Assembly: GCA_964035545.1 (NCBI GenBank)
Contig: OZ037768.1
Span: 20,877,700-20,941,699 of the forward strand
Reading direction: 5' to 3'
Length of the DNA: 64,000 nucleotides
Source of the DNA: Bugula neritina
Lineage: Eukaryota > Animalia > Bryozoa
The notes beneath the pieces are model-generated. The model worked only from the letters and a program-made list of their open reading frames with translations, was not told where the DNA came from and did no database searches. Positions 13,244 through 25,630 of the stretch are shown here, in pieces. Position 1 is the first letter of the stretch, and each line of letters begins with the position of its first letter. The translations under genes and the position numbers were made by a program.

Positions 13244-13723
13244 CATAAAGGAAAAAACTCTACTGTAACTAAATTTTTTTACAACAGTCAACGCTGAACT
13301 GAACACAGTTCCTGGCAAATATCTGGTTGTTTTATGGTCTAAAAGCGAAGTTGTGTTCGCACTCATAAAGCCGCAAACAAGCTACAATTTTCTCCATTGT
13401 GCCATCGGAGAACAAAACTCGATTTTTTATCATTATGGTAATTGTTATAAGAGTTAGAGAGTAAATAATTTACGACATTACTTATAATGACCAAAACGGC
13501 TTTTCGTCGTCGATGACCGGTTGTCAAAATCAACAAAACTGAAGGAAAAGAAGACACAAAAACGGTCTGTCATAGTGATAGTTACTAACTATACCTTTAT
13601 TATCACCTCATAACTTTCGGCCATTGACTCGATATTTCACTCTGTTCTTTGGTTGCCAACAAGTTACGCAATAGTTCTAGCTTTACAATTACTCAAATTA
13701 AAGTTTATGTAGTTGTACTTCAG
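13244..13723. promoter_or_regulatory. Putative MED10/CK1gamma bidirectional promoter with non-coding first exons
   Basis: Locally CpG-richer, non-periodic island bounded by outward-facing donors (minus ATG|gtaaga at 13244/13243; plus CAG|gtaagc at 13723/13724). Confidence 0.5.
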
Positions 13724-13749
13724 GTAAGCAATTCAGCACAAACATATTC

Positions 13750-14650
13750 ATATTGAATTTGATAATTGAATTTGATATCCAGTTTCACTTTTACCTTTAC
13801 TTTTAGATTTACTTTGAGTTTGATAATCATAATGATAAAACAGATTATTAACTTATTGGAATTCAAATCGTTGATAATTAGTTTAATTATATTTGTCAAT
13901 TTGATTGTTCTTATAATTTGAATTATAGTATAAATTGTAGTTTTACTTTTAGTTTTAATGTTAAATTTTTTATTAGTTAATCTTTTATACTCATAACTAT
14001 AAGTCATAGTCATACCAATAAAGTGATACTAAATAAAAGTAATTAATCCATTAATGACTCAATACTTATACTGATAGTAGTACAATAGTACTAGTAATAT
14101 TTAGTAATAGTAATACTAATTCTAATAGCCCATAATTGATAATTGATAGGCATAGTTCATGTCAATAATTTTCATATTCATTTTGATTTTACTCAACTTG
14201 AACTTTGTAATTCCATTCAGAATTAATACCAAATCTAATAGTAATAGACATAGTAATATTAGTAGTATTAGTATTAGGCTATTACTATTAGTATAAGTAT
14301 TACACTATTACTATTAATAAATAACTATTAGTTATGATTTATTCATTCAAAATTGATAAATTAAATCAAGAATGAATAAGGATTACAAATATGTAAATAA
14401 CTAATACTTATACTGGTAGTAATAACATTAACTAAATAACTATAAGTATAAAATAAATGATTTACTTGCCATTGGTATGTTTTATAGCCAATATAAATTC
14501 CAACGCGATTTGCAGTGGATTACTATAGTCTATAAGTATAAGTCTATAAATATTGTTCAATTACTGTTTTACTATTATTATTAGCAGCTGTTAGTATTAA
14601 CACTGCTTCATCTTTAATTAATACTAGTTATACTAATAGTAATACTGAAT
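13750..14650. repeat. Hexamer/trimer-periodic low-complexity tract in the putative CK1gamma first intron
   Basis: For example TTTCAC TTTTAC CTTTAC TTTTAG ATTTAC TTTGAG and AGTATT/AGTAAT runs; source of the spurious KVKVKV ORF. Confidence 0.75.
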
Positions 14651-16020
14651 AGTAAGTGACACATCTAATATTAATCAACGGGATCCGCTGCAGGATCTAC
14701 TTCATACAGATAGTAATACTAATGCTGTTTGACTTAAACTCAGAATCATACTCACAAACTACGATGTTAGCATTTGAGTTCAAGCTACAAGTTGGAAAAC
14801 ATATGTAAGTTTGACACTTATACTTATACTCGAACTGTCTTGTCTAATTAATTATCGTATCAATTGTTGCAATCAGAGTCAGTATAATTACAAATTTAGC
14901 ATAACTGCTAGTATCTAATGTTACTATTATTACTTTATTGAGACAACACTATAACACTGTAAGTTAAGAAGCCTAACATTAGAAGTCCTATGCACATTTT
15001 TATTACTAGTAGTAGTAGTACTCCAAGTCTAGTATATTCAATTGTATCACTTGCCGGTTTAGTTTCACATAAATTTACCTAAAGGAACCTTGATTGATAA
15101 TCATAATATCAAGACATAATAGAATTCAAACTGTATTGAGTATACCATTAACTATTAACTATTAAAGATTAGATATCCAGGACTGTAAATCACATCACTT
15201 GTGTTTGTGCAGATGCTGAATTATGGCAAAGCATCTTTGCAGTTTTCGAGAGACTGTCTATTAAGCTTAGGGTTGGAGTCAATACTACTAATTATTATTT
15301 AAGGCTATATCTGGTACTGTTAGTATTGCTAGTTTCACTATTGATTTTACTCTTACAGTTACTTTTCAATAATTTTAGTATTATGAGTAACTCTTGCTGA
15401 ATTAGTTATTCATGGTTTTATTATTATTTTTTTAATTCGCTGTATTTAGTTATAGTTAAAGCCATTCAATATTTCTTATTTTAAGTCTAATATTTATATT
15501 TACTCTCAATGTTAATTTTTTACTTACAAACATGGAGTTAAATCTAGTTGTAGTGATGGTCACCCCTCACAGTAATATTAATAAATGTGCCTGAAGTTGC
15601 AAATTATAAAATTATAAGACATTGACAAAATAAATAGCCTGCTGGGAAAAACTTGAAAGTGTTTTGATGGGTTTTGCCCCCAACCCTGAATATCTTGCCA
15701 ATAAAAACACAAAACAAAATATTTTCATATTAGTCGCTATCAGTCTTTCCTGTCTAGGCTAAGCTTACAGGTTCATGGGTGAAACTTCCTCAAGTCATAT
15801 TTGAAGGATCCTTCACCTGATAGTATCTAGGATTTGCTTATTTAACAATTCATTGTTGGTGCTCAGTGCTTTCAAACAGAGGAAGGGAGTTTTATAGGTC
15901 TTGGTTTATACAAAGGTTTATTTTTAGATTTTAAGGCATCATTTAGCCTATGTAGCTTATGCAAGCACTTTTTCTTTTTAAAATCAGGACTACGTGTCTC
16001 AGTTTTATGTGTATATTCAG

Positions 16021-16532
16021 CAGGGTTGGAGTAATTGTAATTTGTAATTGTAATTGGTTGTAATTAATTACATTTTTTTCAAGTAATTGAATGTAATTTG
16101 TAATTGATGTATAAAATGTAATTGTAATTAATTACACTGCTAATGTAATTGAACTTTACAATTCCTTTATAATTACATAACAATTACTTCAAATTTTTAA
16201 ATCTTATAAAATTCATATTTTTTCTGCCTTGCCTACTGTCAAGTAAAAAGTTCAGATTAATTTATTGTCGTATTTAAAGCCCTATTCGTTACTGTTGAGA
16301 ACAAGAAAGGTTTTCCGTTGTCAAAATTGCCCTGTCAGTTGGAACCCAGAAGTCAGATTATATAACTTTTATTTATCTCTTGCGAAAACAAAAGTAATTG
16401 TAATTAATTACATTACCATGTAATTGTAATTAATTACATTTATTTCAGTTGTAATTATAATTGTAATTGACAAAGTCTCATGTAATCGTAATTGTAATTG
16501 ATTACATTCATATGTAATTGACCCCAACCCTG
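16021..16532. mobile_element. Non-autonomous DNA transposon (MITE-like, hAT-type ends) with GTAATT subterminal repeats
   Basis: Ends CAGGGTTGG...CCAACCCTG with many GTAATT/AATTAC subterminal repeats; no clean 8-bp TSD; an isolated end-like fragment at ~15677-15690. Confidence 0.7.
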
Positions 16533-17022
16533 AATTATTCAGCACATTGTTGCTGCTAGTTTTTATCATGGAAAGTTGATCAGCTCTTTAAAAATATAAC
16601 ATGTTATCAAAGTTGCGGAGTATTGCAATGTTATTATAATTGTTATTATATTCTTGTATCACAGAGACGAGTGAACGACTAGATTATTTACCGTATTTGA
16701 CTGATGAACAGCTGCTGTACTTCTGTACTCTTCTCAACTGTGTGACGGACTCTGCCATGTTGTAACTACTGCTACTACCACTTCTGCCTGCCTTCTTGAA
16801 GTCAGGTAACACACAGGTTCTAGTTGTTTACTTTCTCTCTTGTTTATCTATTGACACCTTTTCACTGATGGGATCATTGGTAACGCTCAGTCATGGTTAT
16901 TTCAGGTTGATGGCTAAACTTGAAGCACCTTACAAGACGTAACCGAGTCTTGTTGCAGCTAATACTTTATATCACTGGCTTGCAGTGTCCTTAACTGTTA
17001 GACGTGATCAATTAAACAAACC

Positions 17023-20000
17023 ATGACTACTAGGAGCGGTGGCGCTGCCTCTTCCACCAGTGGAGGCAGCGTACTTATGGTTGGCCCTAACTTTAGAGTG
17101 GGCAAGAAGATAGGCTGTGGTAACTTCGGAGAGCTACGACTGGGTGTGTTTAACTCAACCGTATTTATATACACATTGTAATTATAGGCTTTTTATTGAA
17201 TCTTCTATAACTTACATATGCTTATCGTGTTTGGTAGAGTGTGCGAGCATTTGAATTACTTTGAAATTTAAACAGTTTGCTTTATCTAGCCTTTTAAATG
17301 ATACCACTAACTAGTTGCAGCCCTAAAGTCTTATTAGTAAATTTATACTTGAGTTGTGAATGAAGGTGGTTTGTGTTATTCTCATTAACTTTCTATACAA
17401 ATAATGACTTTTGTCTTTCTAACAACAGCTTTCTTAACAATTCAACAATAACTACATATGATGGTATAACTCTGGAGAATACATTGATAATTAATTGCCT
17501 GCTTGCATTGCTCAGGGCCCAGAGTGATCATATCTACTCTGTACTGGGTAGATAGCTACTCACACATCACTGGCCTGAGTACTAGTTACTCCCTACTCTT
17601 CACTAGTTACTAACTACTAGTTACCAACTGCTAGTTTCTACTTCTTAACTAATAGGTGCTGACTGCTAGTTACTACCACTTGTATGCTATTACTGAGTAA
17701 AACGTGCTATCACCACCACCACTACTACTACTACTACTGCTACTACTACTACTAGCTACTACTACTAGCTACTACTGCTACTATTACTACTACTACTAAT
17801 ACTACTACTACTATACTACTACTACTACTGCTACTGCTACTGCTACTGCTACTGCTACTACTTCTACTGTTACTACTGTTTCTGTTACTACTGCTGTGAT
17901 ATCTCTACTACTTGAGTATTATACTGCGAGGAAATGCTACTGACTAGATACTGCTGTATATAGCAAAATCTCAGTCTATTCACTTTGATTCTACTGTGAT
18001 TCAAGGCCTGTACATTTATTCCAATGAACTGCAAATAGCCTCCAGTTAGCCATTGATTATCAGTGCTATAACTGTTATTTTCTTTCATCTCCACCATGTA
18101 ACACTAGCTTACTCTGTTTCAGGCAAGAACCTCTACAATAATGAGCATGTCGCCATCAAACTGGTATGTCTAGTTTTTATTACAACACCTAGCATTATGT
18201 AACAGAGTATACATTGCACACTCTGCATGGGTTGACTCTCTGCAGGGGTTGCTGGATCCGCTCCCTCCAAACATTAATATAAAATCTCGAGGGTCAAAAT
18301 AGTAGGAGGTTTTAGTCACTGCAGCACCAATGATATCTGTAGACTTAGTTTTTTTAGCCTTCTAGATTTAGTATGTTTAGGGACATTGAAATTGAGAGGA
18401 AGAAATGTAGAGAAATGTTGTGCCTCTTATCTGTTTGGATTAAATATTCTAGAAGATATTAGATAACTTTATTAGGAAAGGCACCTATACAAGAGTGCTT
18501 GAGTAGACACTCGCACAGACTAGCTATATTCATACCACACTGCATATCAGATTTTCTTTTTTCTCAGTTGAGCTTTTGGAGTTCAGTGTCTTTTGCAGTT
18601 TGATTAGCAATGGTATTGCATAGGCACACCTGCTCATTGTGAATAATTGCTTTAATAGCCTGCAATATCAAGATATTCAAACTGGCTGTATTTTATTGCC
18701 TTATCTTTCTTAATATTATTATACTGATAAATTCTTTGATTAAATGAACTAGCAGCAGTAATTGTTAGTAGGTAGCAGGTATGTAGCAGGAATTTAGTAG
18801 GTATATAGTAGGAAGTATATAGTAGGTAGTATATAGCAGGTAGTAGGTAACAGTATCTAGTAGGTATATAGTAGGAAGTTTTGTACAGGTAAAGTTGGCA
18901 AATGACCTTGACCCGATAGAAATTCCTAACACAATATTATCTTCTGCTTTTTATTTTTATTGAAAGTTTTTTTATCCTGGACTATTATTTGATGGTGCAA
19001 CTCAGTTATGAGGCTTCTGGTTGCCTAGCAACCTCTGTACCACTCAGTTGTCACCTGTCGTCCCTGTGTCCCAGCATACTCTACTTTCTCTACTATATTA
19101 GCTATTGTTGGGGGTCACTTGTTTTATAAACACGTCTCTCAGGCTATTTAAATATCAAACAACGCTTGACTTTTAAATATATTGTTATGATGTGTTGAAT
19201 AGTGTTGACCTCTACTAGTGTATTCTGTCTTATTTGTAGGAGTCAATGAAGTCTAGAGCCCCTCAGCTTCATCTGGAGTATAGATTTTACAGACAGCTGG
19301 GCAACCATGGTTAGTAGAGCTCTGTGAGGTGTGCAAGAGAATGGGGCTGTGTTTCAGGAAATTTTTTCCCCCCAACACTTACTTTTGGATAGCTGAATGC
19401 ATTTATTTGTGTTCTAAAAATTGTTGGATTTATTTTTTTTTTATAAAAGTTTCGTTTAAATAAGGTAGTTTTCCTTCAACTTTTTTCTGCTATTGTCAAA
19501 GTCGGATTGCTGATGCTTGAACCTCAATGCACCCTGCAAGTCAGTCAGTAGATGAATACGAAACTGCTAAGTAAAGTTTATATAACGTAGGAGTAGATAG
19601 CAGCAGTTCATTGAAATAAGTATTGATTGATACAATGTTGGAGCCGATTGTATAATAGTTTATATATTAATATACACACACCAAGTAATTATGGTGAGAG
19701 TATACAAGATAACCTTTCTCACTACCCAACTTCTGCACAAAGCCTCTTTGTGGTTCATCTAACACCTTCCTGCGTGTACAAGATTCAGTAGTTGTGGTAC
19801 TGGAAGTAGTGAGGAAATGGCCTATAAAACAGTGTTTGCTGGGCTTCAGGGTGATTATTATTGACCTAGACTGGGATCCTAGAGTAAGCCTTGTTAAGCT
19901 GATGTGCCGTTACTCTGCCATATTTTTCTGTGACTGCAAGGCTATTGAATAATTGGCTGGAAATTAGCTTCTGCTGGTCAAGTTGTTGTGATTAAAGAGT

Positions 20001-22767
20001 TGGAGTATAACAGGCTGTATAACTGGCTGTATATCTGTGCAGCTTGTTATAGAGCTAGGGCCAGGGCTATGTGCTTTAACTTGTATTTATAGTTTTCTCA
20101 ATAAAATTGTTTTATTAGCAGCTCTGAGTTGGTGGTGACTGAGTTTGGAGATGCTGTTTAATTTGGAACCCTAAACTTGAGAACCCAAACTACTGCACTC
20201 AGTCACCCCCCCCCCCCCCCACTCAGTGCTGCTTATAGAACAGTTCTAAGTCGGCGTAAACTCTCATACCAAACCAATAGATGTAATTCTAGTGCAAGAT
20301 ATAAAGTAGCTGTGGTACTTGAGAGGTCAGCTAGAGGGAGGGGGGGGGGTTTATACTCCCTCTAAGTGAATGGTCACTTTATCCTCTAATATGTCTAGTA
20401 TACCAGTAAACCTGCACCTTGCCCTGCAGTTCAATACACTCGTATCTCGTGCTATCTAAGTTCGTGTGCTGGAATATTACAATTTAATTAAAATCAATAA
20501 TTATGAATTAACGCCTATTTAATTCTCATAACTCATGTTGAGCTACATCACTGCTTGCCCTTAATGTCTAACATTACTAAGTAGCTGTTAGTGTGACAGC
20601 AATGCTAGCTTTTACCTGCTGTCTGTGTGTATCATCATTTTCATCTTGGGATGCTGTAGCATGATTTGCAATATAACTCAGAATAGTAAAGGCATTGCAT
20701 TGTCAGCGTGTACATAGCCAATAAAGAGTGTTGTTGAACAGTGGAGGCAATTCCCAATTAGAGAAGCTAAAGCTGTGGGCATAGAACTTGGAAATAGTTA
20801 TTAGTTATGTAGCATGTGATTGTATAAAACTTAATCCGTCATACATCACCAATTATACATCTCACCCTGTATATACCACCTTATCCTATATATATCACCT
20901 TATTCTATGTATCACCTTATTTTATGTATCACTCTCTCATTTGTGCTTTAGATGGTGTGCCACAGGTGTTTTACTTTGGCCCGTGTGGTAAGTACAATGC
21001 ACTTGTCCTTGAACTTCTGGGCCCGAGTCTAGAGGATCTATTTGACCTCTGTGAACGGAAGTTCTCGTTGAAGACTGTCCTCATGGTGGCCATTCAGCTG
21101 GTGAGTAGAAATTATATCTGATGATCATATTAACTGGAATTGGGTCATTTTACTTTATTTAGTGCACATCAGTAAATTCGGACCAACAATTAAAGTTTGC
21201 TCAATATTCTTAAAAATGTACTATATGCGGTAATCTTATGTCCTAATTCTAACTATTCATAGCAATAAAAAAGCTGGGAGGAGTTTCTGCAACAATGAAG
21301 GGCAACTAACGTCATTGTTATATTAGTTCAGATGGATTTTTCTGTATATCCAAATTTACTAAAAATTTAGGAAATAACATAATAAAAGATTAAGCAGAAT
21401 TAGCAAGAACCTTGATTATTTGGTTGTATTTGTTGATATTTTATTAGTTTAGAGCAAAAACCCATAGGTATTAGCAGCTAAATTGGGAAAAATGGTTAAA
21501 GACTAGAAATATCGAGTGTGTACTAATTTAAGTAAAATGACCCAATTTTTTACTGCTCAACAAAATTTTTAGTCACAGTTAATGCCCATTATAGCCTGTT
21601 GAGCACTTGTATCATCAGTACATTTCTTATGAATGTTGAATGTTTTCTACTGTCTAGTGTGGTTGTAGCTTGACAGAATGGATTACGTGCACACAAAGCA
21701 TCTCATCTACAGAGATGTTAAGCCTGAGAACTTCCTAATTGGTAGAAACTCTACGAGACGAAGTCACATAGTACATATAATTGATTTTGGACTAGCTAAA
21801 GAATATATAGATCCTGATTCTAAAAAACATATACCTTATAAAGAGCACAAAAGTCTAACTGGTACAGCCCGTTACATGAGTATAAATACACATCTTGGCA
21901 AAGGTACGTTGAATCAGTTGGATCAAGTAAGAATGAAAATCATGTGTTACTTTTGGTCTACTGGTAATAAAAATTGTCTGTCAGGGAAAGACAATTCTAA
22001 ATAATCTGATCCTCTCAATCCTGAAATATAGAAAAAAAATGGTGACATCAGCTTAGTTTTAATTACTCTGTATTTATCCTCACTCCACTCATTTTGCAGT
22101 AATGATGGTTCCACCCATTTGGTACACAAATCCAGAACTGCAGGTTTTTTGTTAATTTCAAGAAATTATTTGAACCAATTGACGATGGATATATACTAGC
22201 ATAAGTTTGGGCCGAGCAGTTTAAGAAAATAAAAATAGCTATTGCTTTGTTGTAGTATCATGTACTGTTTTAATTTTTAGAGGACTTCAAAATGTTTAAT
22301 AATAGTGAGCTAGAATCTAATGTGATAACAAAATTAAATATATATTAGTAATTTAGTTTCACTTCTATTGTCAAAATGGTTATATTTTCTGCCAATTCAT
22401 TTACAGAGATAATGATTAGCATTTAGTACAGTATTTTTATCCAATATACTAATTATTTGTATATATAGAAAAAAAAATTCTTCATTTAGTAGATATAATC
22501 ATACAACCTCTTAAGTACTCTGTGTGTTGTTTAGTAGCACCTGCAGAGAGTCTTTACACGTTGTTATATTACAGAGCAGAGTAGGAGAGACGACTTAGAA
22601 GCCTTAGGTCACATGTTCATGTATTTCCTGCGGGGGAGTCTCCCTTGGCAAGGACTTAAGGCCGACACTCTCAAGGAGAGATATCAGAAGATTGGTGACA
22701 CAAAGAGGGCAACTCCAGTGGAAGTGCTCTGTGAAAACTTTCCCGGTATGACTACAGCAACTACTAG

Positions 22768-22800
<33 letters not shown>

Positions 22801-24780
22801 GTTACTACCGCTACTACTGCTACTACTAATACTACTAGCTACAGCTACACTACCACTGGCTGAACTTTATATTTATTATATTTATATTTGCCTGTTTTCT
22901 GCCAGTTCTGTGACTTTGGGAAATTTTAATTATATTTTGTTGATGCTTCAAAATGATAGCTATTGAGACTATTTTTCATTTCCACTCTGAAACAGTTCAT
23001 GTTTGTGTTTGTAGAGGAATTCAGCACTTATCTACGTTATGTCCGGCGGTTGGACTTTTTCGAAACTCCTGATTATTCATACCTCAAAAAAATATTCCTG
23101 GGCTTAATGGAGAAGAATGGGATGGACTGCGATTGGCATTTCGACTGGACAGACAGACAAGTCAGTGAAATCCTATTTGTAAATAGTAGAGTGCTAGAGT
23201 GACTGTTGTACATTATTTTATGAGTTACTCTATTTTAGCGTTAGTTGGTGAGACTTCTCAGCTTTGTACAACTTCAACACTGTCTCAGTGAGACAGTATC
23301 AAAGTAAATCATTTTGACCTTGTAAACTGACATTGCCCACTAATGCGTATCCGTTTAGCACCTGTTATGTGAATGTGTTAGTTGTATGCCCAACTGTCAC
23401 CTGCTGTGTTGAGATTTTATTACTTTTTTTCAATTCAGAAAAGCTCCAGTTTCCATAGGCAATAGTCTACTAGCCAAGTGTCACGTGTATGTCAGTGTAT
23501 ACTGTATATCATTTTGATGCTGCTGTGCGTGTTTGATGGGTGCAGTCTGAGTTTTGATGTTTTATAGTCACAGCCAGCTACTACTGCGGACTCGTCTTCA
23601 TCTCACACAGCACGCAACCCAGGTAGACAGAGACACCTCGCTGGACCACCTGCAGTGGTGAGTACTACTACTACTACTGCTACTGCTACTGCTGCTACTA
23701 CTACTACTACTGCTACTACTACTACTAGTACTACCACTACTACTACTACTGCTGCTACTACTACTAGCTACTACTACTACTGCTACTACTACTACTGCTA
23801 CTACTACCACTACTACCACTACTAGTGCTACTACTACTAGTACTACTACTACTACTACTACTACTGCTACTACTAGTACTACTACTACTGCTACTACTAC
23901 TACTCTTACTGATACCACTAGTACTACTACTACTGCTACTACTACTACTCTTACTGCTACTACTAGTACTACTACTACTAGCTACTACTACTACTGCTAC
24001 TACTACTACTGCTACTGCTACTACTCTTACTGCTACTACTAGTACTACTACTACTGCTACTACTACTACTCTTACTGCTACCACTAGTACTACTGCTACT
24101 GCTACTACTACTACTCTTACTGCTACTACTAGTACTACTACTACTACTACTACTACTGCTACTACTACTACTGCTACTACTACCACTGTTAATATTATCA
24201 AATTTTGTTGCCAAGTATTTGTGTTACTATGCTGAAGCCCATCAAAACTCCTTTCTTAGAGCAGTGGTAGTGTCTGCCTTGTGCCAACTAATTGTACACT
24301 CGAATATTTAGGGTGTGCATGGCTAGATCACAGCTGCAGTGAGCAGGTTTATATGTTCGTAAAGAGACAATTCTTTTATTACTTATTTCCTTCTTTCATA
24401 GAACTCAAGTGGGGCCATCAATGGGTTGACTGAAGATAGCAAAATTCAAGAGTCCAGCAAACCGGCTCTTCGACCAAATGCTGATGAGGAAGGAGATGGG
24501 TAAGTCATTCCGGAAATTGCTGTTTGGGGGAAATGACCACCTTATATGTAATGCAAATGTTCACTACTCTATATTGTTGAAATATTTCTCAAATTTGTTA
24601 TAGCAGAATTGCTTTGGAGTTAATTGTTAAAATTAGTGATATGTTTATTTAAAAAGTATAAGAATATCACATTACCGTTTTAGATGCTGTACATGCTTTG
24701 GTGGTGCGAAGAAGAAAAAGCCACCGAAAAACAAATCTAGCAACAACCGCGCTTCACAGTCAGAGGAGAGAAAGAAATGA
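17023..24780 (+). CDS. CSNK1G: Casein kinase I gamma (gilgamesh orthologue), ~405 aa
   Basis: Exons 17023-17143, 18123-18163, 19240-19309, 20952-21100, 21669-21903, 22575-22745, 23015-23160, 23568-23657, 24402-24499, 24684-24780. Contains [55 protein letters not shown], and a C-terminal CCTCF plus basic stretch (palmitoylation motif typical of CK1gamma). Confidence 0.96.
17710..17890. repeat. (TAC/TGC)n microsatellite, intronic
   Basis: Directly visible. Confidence 0.95.
19020..19032. promoter_or_regulatory. Consensus RFX X-box in a CK1gamma intron
   Basis: GTTGCCTAGCAAC inside the near-palindrome GGTTGCCTAGCAACC; function unproven. Confidence 0.45.
20102..20248. mobile_element. MITE, family TAGAATGGTTCTATAAGCAGC, copy 1 (degenerate)
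   Basis: Arms ..TTAGCAGCTCTGAGTTGGTGGTGACTGAGT and ACTCAGTCACC(C)nACTCAGTGCTGCTTATAGAACAGTTCTA; same termini as 36815-36894. Confidence 0.7.
22751..22855. repeat. (TAC)n microsatellite abutting a splice donor
   Basis: Starts about 5 nt after the donor at 22746. Confidence 0.9.
23662..24188. repeat. ~525-bp compound (TAC)n microsatellite abutting a splice donor
   Basis: gtgagTACTACTAC...; source of the poly-V/S/L/T ORFs. Confidence 0.97.
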
Positions 24781-25630
24781 TACAGGCAGTCTGGTCGTGG
24801 CGAAGGAGCACAAGCAGGCAAGGACGCAGTTCTACTACGCTCATTGGACAGTAATATCCACCAATCAAAACCAACTACAGCTGTCGTTAATGAGTCATCT
24901 AATAAAACTGAACAGACGGTTGACGATGGGAAACAGAAAGACCATAAGAAAACCTCTGTTAGATACAAAAGATATCGAGATGAAAGTTAGAACAGTTTTC
25001 TTTCAGTCAAAAGAGAAGATAAATCTAGTCCAGTGCCTTCTGCTGCTTCTTTACTAGAGTTCACACTCTAACGCTACGATCAGACACACCCTGCATTTCA
25101 TTTTACATTTACAGTATACGCTATATCACAGTTCTAGCTTCACTTGGGAGTTGTATACTTCTCCAGCTCGCTGGAAAAGGTGGACAACACCTAAACGACT
25201 TATTTTTGAAAGTACTTAAACAATTCAGAAACAATGTTTAAGCAGATTTTTTCATGCAATATTGCCACTGCATGGTTATTCGTGTAATATGTGCATATAT
25301 TGCTATATATTTTATGGATAGCTCGCATTCCAACTTAGAAATATTGGGAGTACGTTATGACCTTCTATATCAATAATTCAATATTTAATTTCAGTTACTT
25401 TCAAGACTTATGTTGTAAAACATTGATTGTAATATTATATGACACTTTCATATCAAAATTAGGTTTTATTAAAAAAGATAATGAAGAGACAGTATTATAA
25501 TAAAGTATAAAACTTGTGATGCCATATAAAACATTTTCATTGTACAATATTGATAAAATGAATTCGAGTGTAAGCATTACCACGTAATAAAATTTCAATG
25601 TTAATTGCTTGATGTCTATGGAATACAGAA

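Noticed and set aside
13720-14013. 97-aa K/I-rich ORF (also 4300-4485, 4582-4815, 12732-12920)
   Set aside because: By-products of hexamer-periodic low-complexity DNA; no protein family signal.
23598-24235. Poly-V/S/L/T ORFs on both strands
   Set aside because: (TAC)n microsatellite in a CK1gamma intron.
24778-24780. Selenocysteine interpretation of the CK1gamma TGA
   Set aside because: No convincing SECIS seen, and the position matches the normal CK1gamma end after the palmitoylation motif.
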